NCBI GenBank assembly: GCA_041651035.1
Contig: JBAZKC010000002.1
Coordinates: forward strand, 120,697-184,696
From: Candidatus Omnitrophota bacterium
GTDB taxonomy: Bacteria; Omnitrophota; Gorgyraeia; Gygaellales; Profunditerraquicolaceae
Direction of reading: 5' to 3'
DNA: 64,000 bases
In this document: in pieces, positions 8,813 through 18,223 of the stretch
Layout of the letters: each line of letters begins with the position of its first letter
Numbering within the stretch: the stretch's first letter is position 1
Made by a program: the position numbers and the translations under genes
The notes under the pieces: generated by a model
Seen by the model: only the letters and a program-made list of their open reading frames with translations
Database searches by the model: none
What the model was told of the DNA's origin: nothing

Positions 8813-11068
8813 ATGAACTATCTAACCGTACTGGTTATAGGCTTAAGTGGGATAGTCGTGCAGGTTTTGCTTTTGCGCGAACTGCTGGTGAGTTTCTACG
8901 GCAATGAATTAACCTTAGGGATAATTCTGGCTAATTGGATTCTCGCGGAAGCTTCGGGCGTATTTATCTCCGGGAAGTTTATTGAAAGGGTTAAAAATAA
9001 AGCAAACGTATTTATTATACTACAGGTATTATTTTCCATACTATTGCCTGTATCTATTTATTTGTCCCGCACCTTTAAGAGCCTGATAGGCATTCCTTTT
9101 GGCGAAGGAGTGGGATTATACACCATATTTTATGCTTCTTTCTTGATAATCCTTCCGGTGGGGTTCTGCCACGGTGCATTATTCAGCTCTCTGTGCAAGA
9201 TATGCTCTATAAAGATTAAAGATTTGGCCGGCGCGATAGGCAAAGTATATGCGTGGGAGACGATCGGCACAATCTGCGGCGGAATAATCCTTACCTATCT
9301 ATTCATACCATATCTGAATTCTTTTCAAATAGTTTTCATCCTATCCGTAATTAATCTTGCGGCTTGTTTATTTTTCTTTAAAGATACGGCTAAGGTTTTG
9401 AAATATATTGTTTTGGTTTTGATATTTACGGCAAGTATTTTTTCTTTGCAAGGCGGGATAAAATACCTGAACAAGCTTTCTATCAATAAACAATGGAAGC
9501 AGCAGGAAATCCTGGATTACCGGAATTCTAATTACGGCAATATTGTCGTAACCAAAAGAGAGGGGCAATACACGTTTTTTTATAACGGCATACCTGTAAT
9601 AACTACTCCGTATCCGGACAAGCAATTCGTCCAGGAATTCGGGAATTTGCCTTTGTTATTTTCTAAAAGCCCTAAAGAGGTACTGGTAATAAGCGCCGGG
9701 GCAGGCGGCCTGATAAACGAGATCTTGAAACACCCTGTAAAAAAGATTGATTACGCGGAACTTGATCCTTTACTCATAGAAATGTTAAGGCAATATCCGT
9801 CAGAACTCACGCAAAAGGAATTAACCGATCCGCGGGTTAATATTATGAATTTAGACGGCAGGTTTTTCGTTAAGAATACGCCTAATAAATATGATGTAAT
9901 TTTGATCGGCCTATCTAAGCCGTCGGATTTAAGCGCAAACCGCCTGTTTACCCGCGAATTCTTTTTTTTGGCTAAAGAGAGGCTAAATCCGGATGGGATA
10001 GTAGCGTTAACTTTACCCGGTTCCCTGACTTATCTAAGCCGGGAATTAAAAGACATTAATGCCTGCGTATTGAATGGGCTTAAAGATAGCTATGCTTATG
10101 TCCGTGTTATCCCCGGAGATTACAATATGTTCTTGGCTTCTAACAGTAGAGATATACTGGAAATCACTCCGGATATAATTACGCGAAAGATAGAGCGGAA
10201 AAATATAAGAACCGATATTCTGGTACCAGCTTACATAAACTTTAGGCTAAATAAGGCATGGTCGGATTGGTTCCAGCGTTCATTAACAGGGGCAACCGAA
10301 AAAGTTAACCAGGACCTAAGGCCTTTTGCGGTATTCCAGATGCTGATTCTTTGGAATAAGCAGTTTTCTCCGGGGCTTGCGTATATTTTTGGAATGTTGG
10401 GGAATTTGAATACAGGTTTCTTAGCGGTATTAATATTAGGCATAACTTTGATATTATTTTGTATCTTTTGTAGGAAACGAAGCACCAGTCCAGCTATTGT
10501 ATACAGTATTGCTACTACGGGATTATTCGGCATGCTGGCAAATCTGGTCTTGATCTTTAGTTTCCAGGTTTTCTATGGTTATTTATATTATATGATAGGA
10601 ATATTGATCAGTATCTTTATGGCCGGCATAGCGCTGGGCAGTATTTTTATGACAACTGCCCTTAAAAGGATTAAGGATGGCTTAAGGTTATTTATTGAGC
10701 TTGAGGCAGGGATAATCGTATTTTCCTGCATAATGGCAGTAACATTAACCAGATTTATGTGGTCAGCTCGCCATATCCCATTGATTTTTGCCACACTGCT
10801 TTTTATTTCCGGGTTATTTCTAGGATTGGAATTTCCTCTGGCAAGTAGAATATATCCGGGAAGAAAGGAAGAGGCGGGTAATACTGTAGGAGTGCTTTAT
10901 AGCGCTGACCTGATAGGCGGCTGGGTTGCTGGTGTATTGGGGAGCATTATATTGCTGCCTGTTTTAGGGCTTTTTAATACCTGCCTGGTTATAATTATGT
11001 TTAAACTAAGCAGCCTCTTTCTATTAGGGACACCCAATCTGCTAAAGCCGAGGGTGTCCCCTAAATAA
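8813..11068 (+). CDS. Polytopic membrane protein fused to a spermidine-synthase-like (aminopropyltransferase/methyltransferase fold) domain
   Basis: Multi-transmembrane N-terminus. Central region VLVISAGAGGLINEIL...NIMNLDGRFF...YDVILIG matches the spermidine synthase fold. A TATAAT lies 7 nt upstream of the ATG. Confidence 0.65.
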   Translation: MNYLTVLVIGLSGIVVQVLLLRELLVSFYGNELTLGIILANWILAEASGVFISGKFIERVKNKANVFIILQVLFSILLPVSIYLSRTFKSLIGIPFGEGVGLYTIFYASFLIILPVGFCHGALFSSLCKICSIKIKDLAGAIGKVYAWETIGTICGGIILTYLFIPYLNSFQIVFILSVINLAACLFFFKDTAKVLKYIVLVLIFTASIFSLQGGIKYLNKLSINKQWKQQEILDYRNSNYGNIVVTKREGQYTFFYNGIPVITTPYPDKQFVQEFGNLPLLFSKSPKEVLVISAGAGGLINEILKHPVKKIDYAELDPLLIEMLRQYPSELTQKELTDPRVNIMNLDGRFFVKNTPNKYDVILIGLSKPSDLSANRLFTREFFFLAKERLNPDGIVALTLPGSLTYLSRELKDINACVLNGLKDSYAYVRVIPGDYNMFLASNSRDILEITPDIITRKIERKNIRTDILVPAYINFRLNKAWSDWFQRSLTGATEKVNQDLRPFAVFQMLILWNKQFSPGLAYIFGMLGNLNTGFLAVLILGITLILFCIFCRKRSTSPAIVYSIATTGLFGMLANLVLIFSFQVFYGYLYYMIGILISIFMAGIALGSIFMTTALKRIKDGLRLFIELEAGIIVFSCIMAVTLTRFMWSARHIPLIFATLLFISGLFLGLEFPLASRIYPGRKEEAGNTVGVLYSADLIGGWVAGVLGSIILLPVLGLFNTCLVIIMFKLSSLFLLGTPNLLKPRVSPK

Positions 11069-11146
11069 AAAATAATTCCGGACAGGGGGACACCCTCCCG
11101 ATTGGCTGAAAGGGTGTCCCTCGATTGGCAAGTTGGGTGTCCCTAA
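11026..11146. repeat. Five copies of GGGACACCC / GGGTGTCCC, including a 9-bp-arm hairpin overlapping the CDS end and two direct cgattggcNNNNgggtgtccc units
   Basis: Direct reading: agggacaccc...gagggtgtcccctaa ... gggggacaccctcccgattggctgaaagggtgtccctcgattggcaagttgggtgtccctaa. Confidence 0.8.
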
Positions 11147-11212
11147 AAGGAATTGACAGGAAATATAATTTAATATATATTATAGTCTTAATTAAATAGG
11201 GGGTATTAAGGC

Positions 11213-12394
11213 ATGAGCAAGATGGGTATAAAGGATATGGATTTAAAGGGTAAGACGGTATTGATGCGCGCGGATTTTAATGTGCCGCAGGATGCCAGTT
11301 TAAACATTACCGATGATATACGCATAAGAGGGACATTGCCTACCATAAAATATATATTGCAAAACGGCGCTAAAAAGCTGGTATTAATGAGCCATTTAGG
11401 CAGGCCGGATGGCAAGATTGTGGAAAAATACAGCCTTAAGCCGGTGGCGCTTAGATTAAAGGATTTATTGGGTGAGCCTGTAAGATTCTTGAATGACTGC
11501 GTAGGCGATGATATCAAGAAAGAGATCAGTGAGTCAAAAGAAAGAATAATACTTTTAGAAAATTTAAGGTTTCACGCTGAAGAAGAAGCTAATGATCCCG
11601 GTTTTTCTAAGCAATTAGCTTCTTTAGCGGATGTATTTGTCAATGACGCATTTGGCACAGCCCACCGCGCGCACGCCTCTACAGAGGGCGTTACTCATTA
11701 TCTTAAGTCCGCGGCAGGTTTTCTTTTGGAAAAAGAGATCGAATATTTAGGTAATGCTGTGCAAGATCCTGTCCGGCCGTTTATGGTTATTTTGGGCGGC
11801 GCTAAGGTTTCCGATAAGATAGGGGTTATTGAGAATTTACTTCCAAAATGCGACGCTATTTTGATAGGCGGAGGCATGGCCTACACGTTTCTTAAGGCGC
11901 AGGGAAAAACTATCGGTAATTCTAAGCTGGAGAAAGACAAGCTTGAACTGGCTAAAGGGCTCCTGGATAAGGCAAAGAAATTAAATAAAGAGATTATTTT
12001 ACCCATAGATCACATAGTGGTAGAAAATATTGATCCTAATGCTAAAACAGAGATCGCGGGAGAAAATATCCCCGATGGAAAGATCGCGGTTGATGTCGGG
12101 CCAAAGACCATTTCTTTGTTTAAGGATAAATTGAGATCAGCTAAAACCATTGCCTGGAACGGGCCTTTGGGCATTTTTGAAATGGACGCGTTTAGTAAGG
12201 GTACGCGTGAAGTTGCCGAGTTTATCGCCACTTTAAAGTGCGTTACGATCATCGGAGGCGGAGATACCGCGGCAGCAGTGGCAAAGTTCAAGCTGGAAGA
12301 TAAGATGACCCATATCTCCACCGGCGGCGGAGCGAGTTTGGAGTATCTGGAAGGAAAGGCTTTGCCGGGAATTGCCGCGCTTACGGATAGGTAG
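11213..12394 (+). CDS. pgk: Phosphoglycerate kinase
   Basis: VLMRADFNVP motif and GGGASLE motif. Confidence 0.95.
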   Translation: MSKMGIKDMDLKGKTVLMRADFNVPQDASLNITDDIRIRGTLPTIKYILQNGAKKLVLMSHLGRPDGKIVEKYSLKPVALRLKDLLGEPVRFLNDCVGDDIKKEISESKERIILLENLRFHAEEEANDPGFSKQLASLADVFVNDAFGTAHRAHASTEGVTHYLKSAAGFLLEKEIEYLGNAVQDPVRPFMVILGGAKVSDKIGVIENLLPKCDAILIGGGMAYTFLKAQGKTIGNSKLEKDKLELAKGLLDKAKKLNKEIILPIDHIVVENIDPNAKTEIAGENIPDGKIAVDVGPKTISLFKDKLRSAKTIAWNGPLGIFEMDAFSKGTREVAEFIATLKCVTIIGGGDTAAAVAKFKLEDKMTHISTGGGASLEYLEGKALPGIAALTDR

Positions 12395-12411
12395 CTAAAA
12401 CCATAAATAAA

Positions 12412-13185
12412 ATGAGAAAAACTATTATTGCCGGAAACTGGAAGATGTATAAAACCATAACAGAAGCCATAGAATTGGTTACTGGCCTAAAGAGAGAATT
12501 GTATAAATTGGATAACCAGGCCGTAGAAGTAGTGGTCTGTCCGCCGTTTACGGCGTTAAGCGAGGTTTCCGAGGTAACGGATGATTCGATAATCCAATTA
12601 GGCGCTCAAAATGTTTACTGGCAGGATGAGGGCGCTTTTACGGGTGAGATATCTCCTAAGATGCTAAAGGACGCCGGATGTAAATTTGTAATTATCGGGC
12701 ATTCCGAACGCAGGCAGAATTTCGGAGAAACAAGTGAAACAGTAAACAAAAAAATAAAGGCGGCTTTAGCGGCCGATCTTACGCCGATAGTTTGCGTGGG
12801 TGAAACTTTAAAAGAAAGAGAAGGCGGTTTGACCTTTAAAGTCCTGGATGAACACGTTGGTAACGGCCTTAAAGGGCTATCCGAAGATGATGCCTTGAAA
12901 ATAGTTATTGCTTATGAGCCGGTATGGGCGATAGGCACGGGTAAGACCGCTACTCCGCAGCAAGCTCAAGAAGTGCATAAATATATTCGCGATTTATTAA
13001 AAAAAGAGTATAATGAAGACACGGCTAATAGTATAAGGATACAGTATGGCGGAAGCGTAAAGCCGGAGAATATTATCGAGCTCATGAAACAGCCGGATGT
13101 CGACGGAGCTTTGGTCGGCGGGGCAAGTTTAGCGGTTGAATCGTTTGTTCAAATAGTAAAGAAATCCTGCGAGGTCCTAAAATGA
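12412..13185 (+). CDS. tpiA: Triosephosphate isomerase
   Basis: AGNWKMYKT motif and IIGHSERR motif. Confidence 0.95.
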   Translation: MRKTIIAGNWKMYKTITEAIELVTGLKRELYKLDNQAVEVVVCPPFTALSEVSEVTDDSIIQLGAQNVYWQDEGAFTGEISPKMLKDAGCKFVIIGHSERRQNFGETSETVNKKIKAALAADLTPIVCVGETLKEREGGLTFKVLDEHVGNGLKGLSEDDALKIVIAYEPVWAIGTGKTATPQQAQEVHKYIRDLLKKEYNEDTANSIRIQYGGSVKPENIIELMKQPDVDGALVGGASLAVESFVQIVKKSCEVLK

Positions 13186-13538
13186 CATTTATAATTATTC
13201 TTCATGTAATAATATGCGCGGCTTTGATCATACTGGTTTTAATTCAAAGAGGCAGGGGGAGCGGGTTGGTTGAAAGTTTTTCAGGGGTAGAATCGATGTT
13301 CGGCACCAAGACTAACGAGTTCCTTACGCGCACCACTACCATATTGTCCATTTTGTTCTTTTTGACCTGCTTAAGCCTGGCAGTTTTATCCGTAAGGCAA
13401 AGCAAGTCCTTAATGAGAAACGTCAAGCCTCCCCAGGCAGAACAAAAGGCTAAAAATGATGCCGCTCCCGCGGCTCAAGCACCGATAGCGGCTGCCGCGC
13501 AACAGGAGAAAACCCCAGAGGTACCCAAGACTGAATAA
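13182..13538 (+). CDS. secG: Preprotein translocase subunit SecG, with an Ala/Pro-rich C-terminal tail
   Basis: LVLIQRGRGSG motif, position after tpiA, ATGA overlap. Confidence 0.8.
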   Translation: MTFIIILHVIICAALIILVLIQRGRGSGLVESFSGVESMFGTKTNEFLTRTTTILSILFFLTCLSLAVLSVRQSKSLMRNVKPPQAEQKAKNDAAPAAQAPIAAAAQQEKTPEVPKTE

Positions 13539-13560
13539 AAAAATATTCTGGATCTTCGCT

Positions 13561-14724
13561 TTGAACAGCGCGGTTTATTTCGCGCAAGGAATACAAGCCC
13601 TTCCTTCTCAAGGGCTTTTTTATTATTTAAAAGAGGGCCTTAATTTCTCCGCAGAAAAAATAATGCTTATTAACAGCATTATTATATTCGCCTGGGTGGT
13701 AAAGCCTGTAATAGGATATACCATAGATAATTTCTTTAATAAAAAAGCCTGGATTTTTATCGCGCTATTATCAGATATAATCATAGTTTTGATATTAGGA
13801 TTAACACAACTGCCCATTTTTACGCTGGTGGCTTTATTATTGGTAAATTCCACTAATGCCGCTTTCAGGGATGTGAGCGTAGACGGGATAATGTGCGTAG
13901 AAGGCAAGAAATACGGCCTGACGGGCAGGATCCAGAGTATCCAATGGATAGCTCTTTCTATAGCAGGCCTGCTTACGGGCGTCTTAGGCGGATACATCGC
14001 CCAGAGCTCAGGATACAGGCTGGGTTTCTTATGCCTCCTGCCTGTCTATTTAATGGTGGGGTTGGCCGCGTTCTTTTATAAAGAAAGCAAAAACCCCAAA
14101 GAAGGATATCCTGCCAGGTATTTATTTACGGAATTAAAGAAATTATTAATGGATAAAAAACTGCTGATCATCTGCGTATTTATTTTTCTTTATAAATATT
14201 CTCCTTCTTTCGGGACCCCGCTTTTTTTTATTCAAAGGGATAGTTTTAAATGGGGTAAGGTATGGATAGGTACGCTGGCTACGATCTCTACTGTCTTCCA
14301 GATAGCCGGGGCCCTGCTATATTATAAATTCAGCCAGAGAATAAATCTTAAGAAATGGCTGTTGATATCCGTATTTTTAGGAGCTGTTACTACCCTAAGC
14401 TATCTTTATTATACGCCTGTGACAGCGGTTGTTTATGATATCCTGTATAGCCTTATCGGAATGTTTATCTTTATAATGGTTATGGACTTTATGGCAAGGA
14501 GCACTGTCAGCGGGCTTGAGGCTACTTCATTTGCCCTGCTTGCCAGTATAAGCAACCTGGCTTTGGTTTCCAGCAATGTTTCCGGGGCTTTTTTATTGCC
14601 GAAGCTAGGCCTAAAATGGCTTATTGTTGTATCCGCGCTTACCAGTTTCCTGTGCCTTCCATTGATCAATAGAATAGACTTCTCCAAGAACAAATTAATG
14701 CTTGAAGGGGTAAAAGAAGAGTAG
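13561..14724 (+). CDS. MFS-type membrane transporter, possibly of the folate-biopterin transporter family. Start uncertain.
   Basis: 12 predicted transmembrane segments. In-frame upstream translation LNKKIFWIFALNSA looks like a native N-terminus but has no ATG. The ORF track uses a TTG at 13561. Confidence 0.6.
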   Translation: MNSAVYFAQGIQALPSQGLFYYLKEGLNFSAEKIMLINSIIIFAWVVKPVIGYTIDNFFNKKAWIFIALLSDIIIVLILGLTQLPIFTLVALLLVNSTNAAFRDVSVDGIMCVEGKKYGLTGRIQSIQWIALSIAGLLTGVLGGYIAQSSGYRLGFLCLLPVYLMVGLAAFFYKESKNPKEGYPARYLFTELKKLLMDKKLLIICVFIFLYKYSPSFGTPLFFIQRDSFKWGKVWIGTLATISTVFQIAGALLYYKFSQRINLKKWLLISVFLGAVTTLSYLYYTPVTAVVYDILYSLIGMFIFIMVMDFMARSTVSGLEATSFALLASISNLALVSSNVSGAFLLPKLGLKWLIVVSALTSFLCLPLINRIDFSKNKLMLEGVKEE

Positions 14725-14738
14725 TATAATTATTTCCT

Positions 14739-15338
14739 ATGCTAAAACTATTTGAGCCTTATATGCTTGCCTTTATACCCATATTTGTGGCAGTAGATGC
14801 CATAGGCAATATTCCTGTGTTTGTTTCTATTGTTGAGGGGGTAAACAAGAAGCAGAAACGCAGGATCATCCTGGAATCAGTTATCACCGCGACCGCTTTA
14901 GCGGTCCTTTTTATGTTCGTCGGTAAATGGGTATTAGGGGCTATCGGCGTAACCATACCGGATTTTCAGATCGCCGGAGGAATACTTTTATTCGTGATAG
15001 CTGTGCGGCTTTTATTACCCGGTTCGCATAAGGCTCTTTTGTCCAATGGCCGGGATAAAGACGCGGGCGTCTTTCCTTTGGGAACACCTTTGATCACCGG
15101 GCCGGCGGTGCTAACTACGGCGTTGATGATACGGGATAGTTTCGGTATCGCGCCCGCGTTTGTTTCTTTGGTCCTGAATATGCTGATCACCTGGTTGACG
15201 CTCATGCAGGCGGATTTTATTATAAAATTTATGGGCTCCAGCGGCACGCGCGCTTTTTCCAAGATCATGTATATTTTATTGGCTGCAATAGCCGTAATGA
15301 TGGTGAGGCGCGGTATGTTAGGCGTAATGCTAAGATGA
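14739..15338 (+). CDS. MarC-family (UPF0056) integral membrane protein
   Basis: Sequence IPIFVAVDAIGNIPVF and overall MarC-like topology. Confidence 0.7.
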   Translation: MLKLFEPYMLAFIPIFVAVDAIGNIPVFVSIVEGVNKKQKRRIILESVITATALAVLFMFVGKWVLGAIGVTIPDFQIAGGILLFVIAVRLLLPGSHKALLSNGRDKDAGVFPLGTPLITGPAVLTTALMIRDSFGIAPAFVSLVLNMLITWLTLMQADFIIKFMGSSGTRAFSKIMYILLAAIAVMMVRRGMLGVMLR

Positions 15339-16561
15339 TGCGCAGTGTCTTAACATTTATAATGGCAGGCGGTAAAGGAGAGCGGCTGTATCCTTTAACT
15401 AAAGACAGGGCCAAGCCGGCAGTGCCGTTTGGCGGCATATACAGGATCATAGACTTTACTTTAAGTAACTGCATAAATTCAGGCCTGCGCAAGATTTATC
15501 TTCTTACCCAGTATAAATCCGCCTCTTTACAAAGGCATATACGGCTTGGCTGGAATATTTTACCGTCTGAGTTAGGCCAATTCATCGAGATACTTCCCGC
15601 CCAACAGAGGGTCGGCGAATCCTGGTATTTGGGGACTGCCGACGCGATCTATCAAAATCTTTACACCTTAGAGATTGATTATCCTGATGAAGTCCTGATA
15701 CTGGCCGGAGATCATATTTATAAAATGAATTACTATACCATGATAGACTATCATCGGGAACAGGACGCGGATTTGACGGTGGGGGTGGTAGAGGTAGATA
15801 AGGACAAGGCCGCTCATTTAGGCGTAGTAGAGGTAGATAATGCCGGCAAGGTAATAGGATTTGAAGAGAAACCCGCCAAGCCTAAAACAATACCCTATCA
15901 GCCGGATAAGATATACGCGTCTATGGGCATATATGTTTTTAAGCATCCCATCCTTGAGCAGGAGCTTCAGGAGGACGCCAAGAAACGCAGCTCTACCCAT
16001 GATTTTGGCAAGGACATAATCCCGCAGATGCTTAAGAAGGGCTTAAAGGTGGCTGTCTTTAACTTTATCGACGAGAATAAGAAAGAGGCGCAATATTGGC
16101 GGGATATCGGGACTATGGATGCCTATTATGAAGCGAATATGGATTTAGTGCAGGTTGATCCCGTATTTAATCTTTATGACAAAAACTGGCCCATAAGAAC
16201 CCTTCAGGAACAATTTCCTTCAGCTAAAACAGTATTCTCCGGTGAAGAAGTTACCGGCAGGGTGGGTTTAGTGCTTGATTCTGTAGTTTCTAACGGCTGC
16301 ATCGTAAGCGGCGGCAGGGTCCAGCGTTCAATACTTTCTCCGAATGTCAGGGTGAATAGTTACTGCCAGGTTTACGATTCTATCCTTATGGAAGGCGTGA
16401 ATGTGGCTAGATACGCGAAAATAAAGAAGGCAATAATTGATAAAGATGTAAGTATCCCCCAGGGCGTAGTGATCGGATATGACCCGGAAGAAGACAAAAA
16501 AAGGTTTTATGTGACTGAATCAGGGATAGTCGTAGTGGCGAAAGGGACGGAGATTAAATGA
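15335..16561 (+). CDS. glgC: Glucose-1-phosphate adenylyltransferase
   Basis: N-terminal AGGKGERLYPLTKDRAKPAVPFGG motif. C-terminal left-handed beta-helix region. Confidence 0.9.
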   Translation: MMRSVLTFIMAGGKGERLYPLTKDRAKPAVPFGGIYRIIDFTLSNCINSGLRKIYLLTQYKSASLQRHIRLGWNILPSELGQFIEILPAQQRVGESWYLGTADAIYQNLYTLEIDYPDEVLILAGDHIYKMNYYTMIDYHREQDADLTVGVVEVDKDKAAHLGVVEVDNAGKVIGFEEKPAKPKTIPYQPDKIYASMGIYVFKHPILEQELQEDAKKRSSTHDFGKDIIPQMLKKGLKVAVFNFIDENKKEAQYWRDIGTMDAYYEANMDLVQVDPVFNLYDKNWPIRTLQEQFPSAKTVFSGEEVTGRVGLVLDSVVSNGCIVSGGRVQRSILSPNVRVNSYCQVYDSILMEGVNVARYAKIKKAIIDKDVSIPQGVVIGYDPEEDKKRFYVTESGIVVVAKGTEIK

Positions 16562-17007
16562 TCCGTAAAGCCAGGATAGAAGACATAAAAGAGATACAAG
16601 GCTTAATCCAGTATTTTGCTAAGCTGGACTTGATGCTGCCGCGTTCTTTGAATGAGCTGTATGAGAATTTAAGGGATTTCTGGGTATGCGAAGAAAACAA
16701 TAAGATCGTGGGCTGCGCCGCTGTGCATATTTCCTGGGATGATTTAGTAGAAATAAAATCTGTAGCCGTAGCAAAGACAAGGCAAGGCAAGGGAATAGGC
16801 AAAGAATTAATATCCACATGCCTGAATGAGGCCAAGCATCTTGGAGCCAAGAGAATATTCGTGCTCACCTATAAGCCGGATTATTTTAAAAAATTCGGGT
16901 TCAAGAGAGTAAAAACTTCCGACTTGCCCCATAAAGTCTGGGCGGAATGCATTAATTGCTGCAAATTCCCGGACTGCCAGGAAATCGCCCTTCTAAAACA
17001 ATTGTAA
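16558..17007 (+). CDS. GNAT-family N-acetyltransferase (N-acetylglutamate-synthase-like)
   Basis: Acetyl-CoA-binding motif VAKTRQGKGIGKELI. Confidence 0.7.
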   Translation: MIRKARIEDIKEIQGLIQYFAKLDLMLPRSLNELYENLRDFWVCEENNKIVGCAAVHISWDDLVEIKSVAVAKTRQGKGIGKELISTCLNEAKHLGAKRIFVLTYKPDYFKKFGFKRVKTSDLPHKVWAECINCCKFPDCQEIALLKQL

Positions 17008-17064
17008 AAATAGATTATTATGGTATAATCGCACTTTCACTGTCCCTATATTAAGGAGGAAGAT

Positions 17065-18216
17065 ATGGATTATTTATTCTCTGAAGAAACTAAAATGGTC
17101 AAGGACTTAGCGCACAAAATTGCCGAAGAGAAAATCCGGCCGGTTGCCGCTAAATATGACCAGAGCGAAGAATACCCCTGGGATATTATCAAGGTAATCG
17201 CGGATGCGGGACTTTTTGGCTTGTTTATTCCGGAAGAATACGGTGGAATGCATGTAAATGTTTTAAACCTCTGCTTAGCTACCGAAGAGATGTCCCGCGC
17301 CTGCGGCGGTATAGCCGTATGTTACGCGGCTTCGGCATTAGGGACTTTCCCGATAGTGCTATTCGGAAACGATGAACAAAAGAAGAAATATCTTCCTGAT
17401 CTGGCAAGCGGAAAAAAGGTAGCCGCGTTCGCGGTTACGGAGCCGGAAGCGGGTTCTGATGCTTCGGCGATCAAGACCACCGCTAAAAAAGAAGGCGATT
17501 ACTATGTTTTAAACGGTTTAAAGCATTTTATTACCAACGGCGGGGACGCGGAAACATATGTTGTCATCGCCATGACCGATAAAACAAAAGGCGCTAGAGG
17601 GGCTTCCGCGTTTATTGTGGAAAAAGGGACTCCGGGTTTTACGTTCGGCAAGAAAGAAGATAAATTCGGGATCCGCGCATCTTCAACCAGGGAGTTGATT
17701 TTTACTGATTGCAAGGTTCCTAAAGCTAACCTCTTGTCGAAAGAGGGAATGGGTTTTATCGTGACTATGAGGACTTTTGATATGTCCCGTCCGGGCGTAG
17801 CCGCGCAGGCGCTCGGTATCGCGCAGGGTGCGTTGGAATTAGCGGTAAAGTACGCCAGAGAAAGAGTGCAGTTTGGAAAATCCATATCCAGTTTCCAGGG
17901 GATACAGTGGATGCTTGCTGATATGGCTACCGGAGTAGAATCGGCAAGGGCATTGGTTTATGCCACCGCCAGAATGGTTGATGCCGGCATTAAAGACGTG
18001 GCAAAGGAATCCGCGATGGCGAAGATGTATGCCTCTGACGTTGCCATGAAAGTTACTGTTGACGCCTTGCAGATATTCGGCGGTTACGGTTACATGAAAG
18101 ATTATCCGATAGAAAAATACGTGCGTGACGCGAAAATCACCCAGATCTACGAAGGCACTAACCAGATCCAGCGCAGTATAATCGCGTTGCAGTTGATCAA
18201 GGAAATGGCTAAATAG
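17065..18216 (+). CDS. Acyl-CoA dehydrogenase (butyryl-CoA dehydrogenase-like)
   Basis: FAD/acyl-CoA DH motifs: AFAVTEPEAGSD and the C-terminal YEGTNQIQ. Confidence 0.9.
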   Translation: MDYLFSEETKMVKDLAHKIAEEKIRPVAAKYDQSEEYPWDIIKVIADAGLFGLFIPEEYGGMHVNVLNLCLATEEMSRACGGIAVCYAASALGTFPIVLFGNDEQKKKYLPDLASGKKVAAFAVTEPEAGSDASAIKTTAKKEGDYYVLNGLKHFITNGGDAETYVVIAMTDKTKGARGASAFIVEKGTPGFTFGKKEDKFGIRASSTRELIFTDCKVPKANLLSKEGMGFIVTMRTFDMSRPGVAAQALGIAQGALELAVKYARERVQFGKSISSFQGIQWMLADMATGVESARALVYATARMVDAGIKDVAKESAMAKMYASDVAMKVTVDALQIFGGYGYMKDYPIEKYVRDAKITQIYEGTNQIQRSIIALQLIKEMAK

Positions 18217-18223
18217 GGAATAT

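Noticed and set aside
5510-11212. Classical mobile element such as a transposon, integron or prophage
   Set aside because: No integrase, transposase, recombinase, att-like direct repeats or phage structural genes are present. Only REP-like palindromes delimit the modules.
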